The notes beneath the pieces are model-generated. The model saw only the letters and a program-made list of their open reading frames with translations, did no database searches and was not told the DNA's origin. 13,290 nt of DNA from Nanobdellota archaeon (GTDB lineage: Archaea; Nanobdellota; Nanobdellia; Nanobdellales; Nanobdellaceae): assembly GCA_020697515.1 (NCBI GenBank), contig JAIXNB010000022.1, positions 1-13,290 on the forward strand, read 5' to 3'. Of this stretch, positions 7,325 through 13,263 are shown piece after piece (position 1 is the first letter of the stretch; each line of letters opens with the position of its first letter). The translations under genes and the position numbers were made by a program.

Positions 7325-7985
7325 AAACATTTAATTTTCTAATATACTTTATGTATTGTGTATCGGGGTCATAGCCAATGCTATATGATAATAAGTTTAT
7401 GTTAGAATCTTTCAATAATTTAGAAATAATCTTTCCGTATATATTATTTATTCTAAATTTTAAGACATCAGGTATTCCAGATACAAAGACTAGATAAGTA
7501 GTATAGCCCTCTTGAGATAATTTTTTTAGTATTTTTATATGTCTTTCCCCTCTTTTTGAACGTGTGTCAGGATATTCCGCAAACTCTCCACTTTTGAACG
7601 TAGCACTTTTTATTTCAGCTACCCCACAATCCAATAAATAATCAAACAATGCACCGTAGAAGTTTATGTTCCTTTTAACTATATTGCATTTTCCTAAAAT
7701 GATTCTTTTATTTATAAGATATTCAAAACTCTTCATATGTATATAGGTGTCAAGTATTACAGCAAGATCTTTATATTCTACTGCAAATAATCTGTATCTA
7801 AGTTTTTCTCCATCTATTCGATAACAAAAACCAATCTTGTTTGGATATAACCATTGTTGCAACCTACCTGTATTGTTGATATGGGTCAATTCTATAGAAT
7901 CATCAATCATTACTTCTACAACAAATTTGTTAACTCTCTTGCGGATAATACATTCTCGCACCCCTTTAACTTTAAATAGATCCAT
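7317..7985 (-). CDS. sfsA: SfsA-family protein (sugar fermentation stimulation protein homologue; nuclease-fold DNA-binding protein)
   Basis: RKRVNKFVVEV...IELTHINNTGRL and AEIKSATF...YPDTRSKRGERHIKIL parallel E. coli SfsA RYKRFLADV...LHCPNTGAM and IEVKSVTL...FPDAVTERGQKHLREL (recalled from memory). Its 3' end overlaps the convergent Lrp gene by 8 nt. Confidence 0.85.
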   Translation of the reverse strand: MDLFKVKGVRECIIRKRVNKFVVEVMIDDSIELTHINNTGRLQQWLYPNKIGFCYRIDGEKLRYRLFAVEYKDLAVILDTYIHMKSFEYLINKRIILGKCNIVKRNINFYGALFDYLLDCGVAEIKSATFKSGEFAEYPDTRSKRGERHIKILKKLSQEGYTTYLVFVSGIPDVLKFRINNIYGKIISKLLKDSNINLLSYSIGYDPDTQYIKYIRKLNVFI

Positions 7986-8036
7986 ATTTATATCACCATT
8001 TAAATATTAATAAAAAATATAAATGGGTTGTGCTGT

Positions 8037-8270
8037 TTATTTGGCTTGTTTATCCTTTTTCTTCTTTGTAAGTTTCTCTAGTATTTCTTGTAATACAATC
8101 CAACACGGTTTTTGAGTAGTTAAATATTTTCCTATATCTTCTCCCTTTATCTTTGCAAGTAATTGTACAATTCTCCAACACTTTCTACCGGGACCCCGTC
8201 CATATCCTTCTGCTATATTTTCTGATTGTTTCTTCCATATCTTCCAACCGAAGCGTTTGCCCCATCCCAT
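8037..8270 (-). CDS. Hypothetical 77-aa basic Trp/Cys-rich protein
   Basis: ATG start. The N-terminus is W/K/R/G-rich (MGWGKRFGWKIWKK...GYGRGPGRK). There is an internal repeat KCWRIVQLL / PCWIVLQEIL and a lysine-rich tail. No family recognised, and coding status is not proven. Confidence 0.5.
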   Translation of the reverse strand: MGWGKRFGWKIWKKQSENIAEGYGRGPGRKCWRIVQLLAKIKGEDIGKYLTTQKPCWIVLQEILEKLTKKKKDKQAK

Positions 8271-8283
8271 ATCTTTACATTTG

Positions 8284-8329
8284 TAAAAAATAATTTGAAT
8301 ATTTCGCAGAAAGTAATAAAAAATAATTT
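8284..8329 (+). repeat. Perfect 13-nt direct repeat TAAAAAATAATTT (8284-8296 and 8317-8329)
   Basis: Read directly from the sequence. The copies start 33 nt apart in the 105-nt divergent spacer between the 77-aa ORF and the DUF134 gene. The second copy is centred on the spacer midpoint (8323). Confidence 0.6.
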
Positions 8330-8345
8330 ACAGATATTACAACAC

Positions 8346-8355
8346 TTTTTAAAAT
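8346..8355 (+). promoter_or_regulatory. TATA-like box (TTTTTAAAAT) for the DUF134 gene
   Basis: Centred about 25-26 nt upstream of ATG 8376. Confidence 0.45.
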
Positions 8356-8375
8356 CTCAATAAAAGAATACTAAA

Positions 8376-8657
8376 ATGAAGAGGAGGTATAGATGGAGGT
8401 GGAAAGCGCTCCAATTTTTGGGAGAATTTGATTATCAATTAATACCTGTTCCGGTTAAAGATAACAACCCCACTGTAATATATCCCGAGGAATTTTTGGC
8501 ATGGAAATTACATGAATTAGAGAATAAAACGATGGAGGAAATTGCAGAAATCTTAGGAGCCTCTAGAGTAAGTATATCTAATTTAATAAAAGCTGCAAGG
8601 GAAAAAATATTAAGAAGTATTCTGGAGGGAAGACCCATCCTAATTAAAGGAAAATAG
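8376..8657 (+). CDS. DUF134 (UPF0251) family putative DNA-binding protein with sigma-70 region-4-like HTH
   Basis: Basic N-terminus, then VIYPEEFLAWKLHELENKTMEEIAEILGASRVSISNLIKAAREKILRSILEGRPILIKG. This matches the DUF134 pattern as I recall it (L..dE.EA.RL.D.egl.qeEaA..mgVSR.T..r.l..ARkK...AL.eGk.i.I). Confidence 0.7.
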   Translation: MKRRYRWRWKALQFLGEFDYQLIPVPVKDNNPTVIYPEEFLAWKLHELENKTMEEIAEILGASRVSISNLIKAAREKILRSILEGRPILIKGK

Positions 8658-8672
8658 ATTAGCAATTTTACC

Positions 8673-8683
8673 TTTTTGTTTTT
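8673..8683 (+). terminator. Double oligo-T tract (TTTTTGTTTTT), candidate terminator after the DUF134 gene
   Basis: Located about 15 nt after the stop codon. Confidence 0.4.
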
Positions 8684-8763
8684 AATTAATATCTCAAATA
8701 CAACCTCACTCTATCATAGGCCAAAGGGTTATCCAAAATTCAAATGAAAAAAGAGTTTTTAGT

Positions 8764-8835
8764 TGGACCCGCCGGGATTCGAACCCGGGACCTCCGGCTT
8801 GCAAGGCCGGCGTCCTACCGCTAGACTACGGGCCC
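8764..8835 (-). tRNA. tRNA-Ala (anticodon UGC)
   Basis: Reverse complement folds as GGGCCCG-TA-GTCT-AGCGGTA-GGAC-G-CCGGC-CTTGCAA-GCCGG-AGGTC-CCGGG-TTCGAAT-CCCGG-CGGGTCC-A. The G3:U70 alanine identity pair is present. No intron and no encoded CCA. Confidence 0.95.
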
Positions 8836-8852
8836 AGAAGTTTGAGTTTATG

Positions 8853-8878
8853 TTTATATTTTAGTTATTTTATAAAAA
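8853..8878. promoter_or_regulatory. Two adjacent TATA-like elements between divergent tRNA-Ala and C/D sRNA B
   Basis: TTTATATTTT (8853-8862) is about 27 nt upstream of the sRNA 5' end. The palindromic TTTTATAAAA (8868-8877) is about 37 nt upstream of the tRNA-Ala mature 5' end on the other strand, so the two core promoters would be interleaved. Confidence 0.35.
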
Positions 8879-8883
8879 CTTTT

Positions 8884-8939
8884 ATAGATGATGACCATCG
8901 GTTCTTCGGACCAATGAAGAAACCATATTTTCTGATCTT
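8884..8939 (+). ncRNA. C/D box sRNA, candidate B
   Basis: C box ATGATGA 8888-8894, 12-nt guide, degenerate D' CGGA 8907-8910, 3-nt spacer, C' ATGAAGA 8914-8920, 11-nt guide, D CTGA 8932-8935. A TATA-like box is at the expected distance. The weak D' and the AU-rich D guide lower confidence. The ends are approximate. Confidence 0.65.
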
Positions 8940-9005
8940 TACCAAATTTTGGTTAATTTTAGATAGAGTGTTATAGATAACAGAGAAAAATAAAAACAGA
9001 AGAAT

Positions 9006-9200
9006 TTATGCTTTTACTAGTTTGCCACCCTTTTCTTTAATTAATCCTTCCTTTTTCAATCTGGTTATTAGTGCTTTTATAACTCTTGGTTTGGTTCTTG
9101 GCTTCTTACTCTTAACTAACTTAATTGTCTCCTCCAAAGTTCTTGGCTCGGATAGAACTTCCAAGATAACTTCTTTCAAAGTTTTACCCCTTCTTGCCAT
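9006..9200 (-). CDS. Small (64-aa) putative winged-helix DNA-binding protein
   Basis: MARRGKTLKEVILEVLSEPRTLEETIKLVK...VIKALITRLKKEGLIKEKGGKLVKA has a wHTH-like helix-helix-wing layout. ATG 9200 has a TATA-like box about 24 nt upstream. The track's longer ORF starts at TTG 9275. Confidence 0.55.
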   Translation of the reverse strand: MARRGKTLKEVILEVLSEPRTLEETIKLVKSKKPRTKPRVIKALITRLKKEGLIKEKGGKLVKA

Positions 9201-9218
9201 ACTATATAATAGATCAGC

Positions 9219-9228
9219 TATTTTTAAA
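9219..9228 (-). promoter_or_regulatory. TATA-like box (TTTAAAAATA on the minus strand) for the 64-aa wHTH gene
   Basis: Centred about 24 nt upstream of ATG 9200 on the minus strand. Confidence 0.4.
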
Positions 9229-9307
9229 CATTTTCCCAAAAAATGTCTTACACGAATATAATTAGCGTACTTCAATTTATTTTATCTTTTTTAATGTACC
9301 CTATTAA

Positions 9308-9365
9308 ATATATGATGATGGTCTTGAGCTCAGAACAATGAAGAGTCTAAACTCAAGCTGACCTC
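9308..9365 (+). ncRNA. C/D box sRNA, candidate C
   Basis: C box ATGATGA 9312-9318, 12-nt guide, D' CAGA 9331-9334, 3-nt spacer, C' ATGAAGA 9338-9344, 13-nt guide, D CTGA 9358-9361. TATA-like TTTATTTTAT (9276-9285) lies about 27 nt upstream of the predicted 5' end. The ends are approximate. Confidence 0.75.
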
Positions 9366-9385
9366 TACATAAACTTTTATCCAAC

Positions 9386-10153
9386 ATGTATATTAATATG
9401 AGTGTTTTAATAAAGAATAATTCTGTACGTATCCTAAAGGATGTAATTAATAGATCAGATATCCTATTGGAAGTGATAGATATCCGGATGCCAAGAGATA
9501 CCCGAATTTATGAATTAGAAAAATATATAACTAAAAAAGGGAAAGCTATAATTTTGGTATTAAACAAAGCGGATCTTGTGCCTGAAGATTTTGCAGAGAC
9601 TGTTAGAGAAGAATTTCAATCAGAGTTCCCAACTGTATATGTATCATCTAAAACTAGAAAAGGTACAAGAGTTCTTAGGAACCTCATTAAAGAGTACTCT
9701 CCGGAAAAACAAAAAATATATGTAGGGCTTTTTGGATATCCAAATACTGGAAAGTCATCAATTATAAATGTACTTGTTGGGAGGAGAAGGGCTAGAACAG
9801 CTCCAATTCCTGGGTTTACTAAAGGTATACAAATAGTAAAACTATCTAGTAAGCATTATCTGGTAGACACTCCAGGAATATATTATCCTAAAGATATTAA
9901 CCTTCTAGCCATTTTGGGGGTAGTAAGACCTGAAAAATTAGAGTATCCTGAGAAAGTTGTAGAATATCTAATAGAGAAACTTCCAAAAATATTTATTAGA
10001 GAATCTTATAAAATAGACTTCGCGGATCTAGAGGATCTCTTGCGAAAAATATCCAATATATATAAAATAAAAGGGAAAGATTGGAGAAGGAGGTCTGCAA
10101 TAAAGATATTGAATGATTGGATAAAAGGAAAAATAAAGGGATACTGGTTCTAA
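9386..10153 (+). CDS. Circularly permuted GTPase (YlqF/RbgA/Nug-type ribosome-biogenesis GTPase)
   Basis: Permuted motif order: G4 LNKADLV, G5-like VSSKTRKG, G1 GYPNTGKSSIIN, G2 TKG, G3 DTPG. ATG 9398 (MSVLIK...) is an alternative start. Confidence 0.85.
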   Translation: MYINMSVLIKNNSVRILKDVINRSDILLEVIDIRMPRDTRIYELEKYITKKGKAIILVLNKADLVPEDFAETVREEFQSEFPTVYVSSKTRKGTRVLRNLIKEYSPEKQKIYVGLFGYPNTGKSSIINVLVGRRRARTAPIPGFTKGIQIVKLSSKHYLVDTPGIYYPKDINLLAILGVVRPEKLEYPEKVVEYLIEKLPKIFIRESYKIDFADLEDLLRKISNIYKIKGKDWRRRSAIKILNDWIKGKIKGYWF

Positions 10154-10313
10154 AAAATTGTTTTACCTATATCACCAACCTCATTCTCGGATTCCCTCAT
10201 AGATTGGTAGGTGCTAACTAAGAATGTATAGTAATCTTATAGTTTATAATATTTGCTTTAAGGTTTGAAGCAATAATAAGGGAAATTAATTCCATAATAG
10301 GGTAAAATTTTAG

Positions 10314-10790
10314 TTATTCGGACCTTAAATTGAATTTCATTGGTAATCTTCTATTTTTGGGTAAGAAATTTTTAGCAGTAAAATTCTTGATTTTTGTGGA
10401 ACCTAGAAAGTCATATCCATTTTTAACTATATAGAATCCTTTCTCATATGGTATATTTACCTTTATATCTTCTCCAACCATCCATTTGATTTTATCTACT
10501 TCCAATATCTTTTTTTTAGCTACAGGTCCAAATATGTGAGTTCCTTCTATACTCAACCTTATACCGTCTTTCTCAATTTTTGCAATATATAATCCGAATC
10601 TTTGAACAGGGTTCTCGTATGCAAATAGTTTAGCCTCTTTTCGTAAGATAAATACCTTCCCTTCTTTAGTGATAAACCAAGCGAAATCTCTGATCAAAAA
10701 GTTCAGAGTACAAGGTTCTATACTATATTCTTCACAAATTCTCTGCAATATCTCCTTTATTTCTTTTTTAGATAACTCTCTTATCTTCAT
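10314..10790 (-). CDS. PUA-domain protein, NIP7-like (UPF0113) putative pre-rRNA/ribosome biogenesis factor
   Basis: 158 aa. The layout resembles archaeal Nip7: N-terminal alpha/beta domain, then GLYIAKIEKDGIRLSIEGTHIFGP..., then a C-terminal PUA-like end FLGSTKIKNF...FLPKNRRLP. This is assigned from pattern recall only. The ATG overlaps the rfcL stop (ATGA). Confidence 0.5.
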   Translation of the reverse strand: MKIRELSKKEIKEILQRICEEYSIEPCTLNFLIRDFAWFITKEGKVFILRKEAKLFAYENPVQRFGLYIAKIEKDGIRLSIEGTHIFGPVAKKKILEVDKIKWMVGEDIKVNIPYEKGFYIVKNGYDFLGSTKIKNFTAKNFLPKNRRLPMKFNLRSE

Positions 10791-12010
10791 AATCTCTTAA
10801 CAGCCTCTAATAAATATTCTATTTGTGGTTGTTTTAATCCTAATATTCTAGCGTATCTTTTACCAAGATCTGGTCTATTTTTTAAAAAGAGTATTAGAGT
10901 ATTTAGATAGATTTCTCTTATTCTTTTTGTAGAACCATGTAGTTTCTCTTTTAGCTCCTGGGCAATTTTATTGAGTTGTTCTCTCAAATTCTTAGTTTGT
11001 GCAAGTTTCTTAACATATTCTGGCATTTTATATCTAGTAAACTTCCTGTATCTCTTTTTCTTTGATAGAGCCACACCGGCATACATAAGGACTGTATAAT
11101 ACCTTAGGAGGCTCCAATATTGTCTTCTAAAAATTCTAGAGTAAAATTTATCAGCGTTAGACATCCATATATAAGCCTCATATATCTCTTCTAAATTTTC
11201 ATATTCATTTGGTATATTTTCTTCTATCCATGGTACGATTTCAGTAGGACTCATGTCAATTTCCGAGAATGGGAGTGTGGCACCTAATATCGTTGTTGCT
11301 TTGAACATTTGACCCATCGCTTGAAATATTGTTTTTTCTCTCTCCCTGTATCCGAGAATTTCCAAATCTTTAATAGTTATTGGCCTTCCTAACTCTGCTA
11401 AGGTTTGTAGATCATTAATTGCGCTTCTTAAATCCCCCTGCGCCCTATCTGCTAAAGCTCTTAAAACTGCGTCATCAACTTGTAAGTTCTCTTTGGCTGC
11501 TATTCTTTTTAAAGCTTTGTAAATGTCTATAGTGGATAGTCTTTTGAATTCTATAAGATTACAAACTTCTCTGATTTTTCTAAATCTTGGATCCCATGGG
11601 TCATTAGCGGTAAGTATCACAGGCCATCTTGAGTTCTTTATAATGTTTATAATAGCACCTAGACCTCCCATATCTTCTTTGCCAACCATGCCATCTACTT
11701 CGTCAATTAATATAATTCTCCCCTTATAAAAGAATGGTCTACTTTTCATAGCCTCATCTAGTATTTGATGAATCTTTCTTGCAGATCTAACATCTGAGGC
11801 ATTCATTTCAACTACTTCGTAATTTAATTCCCTTGCAATAGCATATACAGAAGACGTTTTCCCAACTCCAGGTGGTCCGTATAAAAGAAGGGCTCTCTTT
11901 GGAACATTTGGGTATTTTAATATAAACGTTTTAATTTTCTGGATAGCTTCTGTTTGATTTATAATTTCTGCAGAATTTTTTGGAGCATATTTCTTAATCC
12001 AGGGTATCAT
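10787..12010 (-). CDS. rfcL: Replication factor C large subunit
   Basis: N-terminal IPWIKKYAP, Walker A LLYGPPGVGKTS, Walker B ILIDEVDG, sensor-1 region ILTANDPW, and about 407 aa as in crenarchaeal RFC-L. ATG 12010 (TATA-like box about 26 nt upstream) is preferred over the track's TTG 12028. Confidence 0.92.
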   Translation of the reverse strand: MIPWIKKYAPKNSAEIINQTEAIQKIKTFILKYPNVPKRALLLYGPPGVGKTSSVYAIARELNYEVVEMNASDVRSARKIHQILDEAMKSRPFFYKGRIILIDEVDGMVGKEDMGGLGAIINIIKNSRWPVILTANDPWDPRFRKIREVCNLIEFKRLSTIDIYKALKRIAAKENLQVDDAVLRALADRAQGDLRSAINDLQTLAELGRPITIKDLEILGYREREKTIFQAMGQMFKATTILGATLPFSEIDMSPTEIVPWIEENIPNEYENLEEIYEAYIWMSNADKFYSRIFRRQYWSLLRYYTVLMYAGVALSKKKRYRKFTRYKMPEYVKKLAQTKNLREQLNKIAQELKEKLHGSTKRIREIYLNTLILFLKNRPDLGKRYARILGLKQPQIEYLLEAVKRL

Positions 12011-12030
12011 AAAAATTGTGTAAATCAAAA

Positions 12031-12040
12031 ATATATATAA
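12031..12040 (-). promoter_or_regulatory. TATA-like box (TTATATATAT on the minus strand) for rfcL
   Basis: Centred about 25-26 nt upstream of ATG 12010 on the minus strand. Confidence 0.45.
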
Positions 12041-12117
12041 CTGTGTTCTTTTTATTACAATGTTTAAACAATACCTAGAATTAAAATTTTAAACAAATCC
12101 TGATACATCCGACTATC

Positions 12118-12125
12118 TTTTAAAT
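12118..12125 (+). promoter_or_regulatory. TATA-like box (TTTTAAAT) for the MscS-family gene
   Basis: Centred about 26-27 nt upstream of ATG 12148. Confidence 0.45.
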
Positions 12126-12147
12126 CTTTGTTCAATTTTTAACAAAA

Positions 12148-13140
12148 ATGACAATTGTAGAAAACATCAATCAGATAATACTACTTCTAATATTTTTGAT
12201 ACTGTTTAGACCTTTTATAAAACCTTTCTTAAAAAAGTTAGCTCTAAAAACTAAGACAGAGTTAGATGAAAAGATAATAGACTCCATTGCAAATCCTTTA
12301 TGGATATTCGTAGCTATTTTAGTATTTGATTACATCGTCTCGTTATTTTATCATAATATCTGGGTTGAGCAGATTTTCAGAACTTTAGAGGTTATTGTTG
12401 GTGCATGGGTACTCTATAGGTTTATAAAACCAGTCATAGAGTTTGTAGAGAGTTCTCCTTACGCTGAAGAAAAAATGATACGCACTGTAATAAGCGTTCT
12501 AGAGAATATAATAAAGATTTTAATATCCTTTATTGTCTTATTAGTGGTATTATCCATATGGAACATAGATGTTACACCAATTCTAGCTTCTGCTGGTTTG
12601 ATTGGTATTACTGTTGGTTTTGCACTTAAGGATATTATAGAAAATATCCTATCAGGGATTCTGATATTCTTAGATCCTCCATTTAAAGTTGGAGATATAG
12701 TTGAAGTGGATGGATATTTAGGGGAAATACGGGAGATAGGTATAAGAAATACAAAAATAAAAACGTTTGATAATAGAGTTGTAACAATACCTAACTCAAG
12801 CATACTAAAGTCGGATATTGTAAATTACAATTTACCAGATGATATTGTTAGAGTATCGTTAAGATTAGGAGTTTCCTATGATACTGACCCTTCTTATGTT
12901 AAAAAAGTAATTTTGGAGGAAGTAATTAGCAAGATTAATACTATACTAAAATATCCTGAACCACAAGTACTGTTTTTAGAGTTTGGAGATTTTGCTTTGA
13001 TATTTGAAATTAGATTTTGGGTATATTTGAAAGATAAATTAACTACCATAGATAAAGTAAATACAATGATATGGAAAGTTTTCAAAGAGAAAGGAATAGA
13101 TATACCTTATCCTATAAGAACAATTTACTTAAAACAGTAA
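12148..13140 (+). CDS. Small-conductance mechanosensitive channel (MscS family)
   Basis: Hydrophobic N-terminal half with several TM segments, followed by the conserved MscS beta-domain FKVGDIVEVDGYLGEIREIGIRNTKIKTFDNRVVTIPNSSI and a C-terminal alpha/beta domain. Confidence 0.9.
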   Translation: MTIVENINQIILLLIFLILFRPFIKPFLKKLALKTKTELDEKIIDSIANPLWIFVAILVFDYIVSLFYHNIWVEQIFRTLEVIVGAWVLYRFIKPVIEFVESSPYAEEKMIRTVISVLENIIKILISFIVLLVVLSIWNIDVTPILASAGLIGITVGFALKDIIENILSGILIFLDPPFKVGDIVEVDGYLGEIREIGIRNTKIKTFDNRVVTIPNSSILKSDIVNYNLPDDIVRVSLRLGVSYDTDPSYVKKVILEEVISKINTILKYPEPQVLFLEFGDFALIFEIRFWVYLKDKLTTIDKVNTMIWKVFKEKGIDIPYPIRTIYLKQ

Positions 13141-13156
13141 TATATTTTATCAAAGA

Positions 13157-13164
13157 TTTAAATT
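13157..13164 (+). promoter_or_regulatory. TATA-like box (TTTAAATT) for tRNA-Gly
   Basis: Centred about 32 nt upstream of the mature tRNA 5' end, consistent with a short 5' leader. Confidence 0.4.
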
Positions 13165-13192
13165 GTTTGGAGATAACTTAAAAACAATAGAT

Positions 13193-13263
13193 GCGGCGGT
13201 CGTCTAGTGGTAGGATGCGGGCCTTCCAAGCCCGTGACCCGGGTTCGAATCCCGGCCGCCGCA
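13193..13263 (+). tRNA. tRNA-Gly (anticodon UCC)
   Basis: Manual fold GCGGCGG-TC-GTCT-AGTGGTA-GGAT-G-CGGGC-CTTCCAA-GCCCG-TGAC-CCGGG-TTCGAAT-CCCGG-CCGCCGC-A. No intron and no encoded CCA. Confidence 0.95.

Noticed and set aside
9022-9261. 79-aa hydrophobic plus-strand ORF opposite the wHTH gene, possibly a small membrane protein
   Set aside because: It starts with TTG and has no promoter-like element at the right distance. Its composition is the mirror image of the K/E-rich minus-strand ORF, which has an ATG, a TATA-like box and a recognisable fold pattern.
9201-9275. Longer 89-aa version of the small wHTH ORF starting at TTG 9275
   Set aside because: It starts with TTG. The internal ATG at 9200 is preceded by a TATA-like element about 24 nt upstream that would otherwise lie inside the coding sequence. 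The 64-aa version is a complete wHTH-sized unit.
11765-11797. TTGATGA ... CTGA pair antisense within rfcL resembling C and D boxes
   Set aside because: Only 33 nt from C to D, with no C'/D' pair. It lies antisense inside a conserved CDS and has no promoter element.
12011-12028. TTG-initiated 6-aa extension of rfcL (MIYTIF-)
   Set aside because: RFC large subunits begin with the conserved (M)xPWxxKYxP motif, which starts at ATG 12010. A TATA-like box sits about 26 nt upstream of that ATG.
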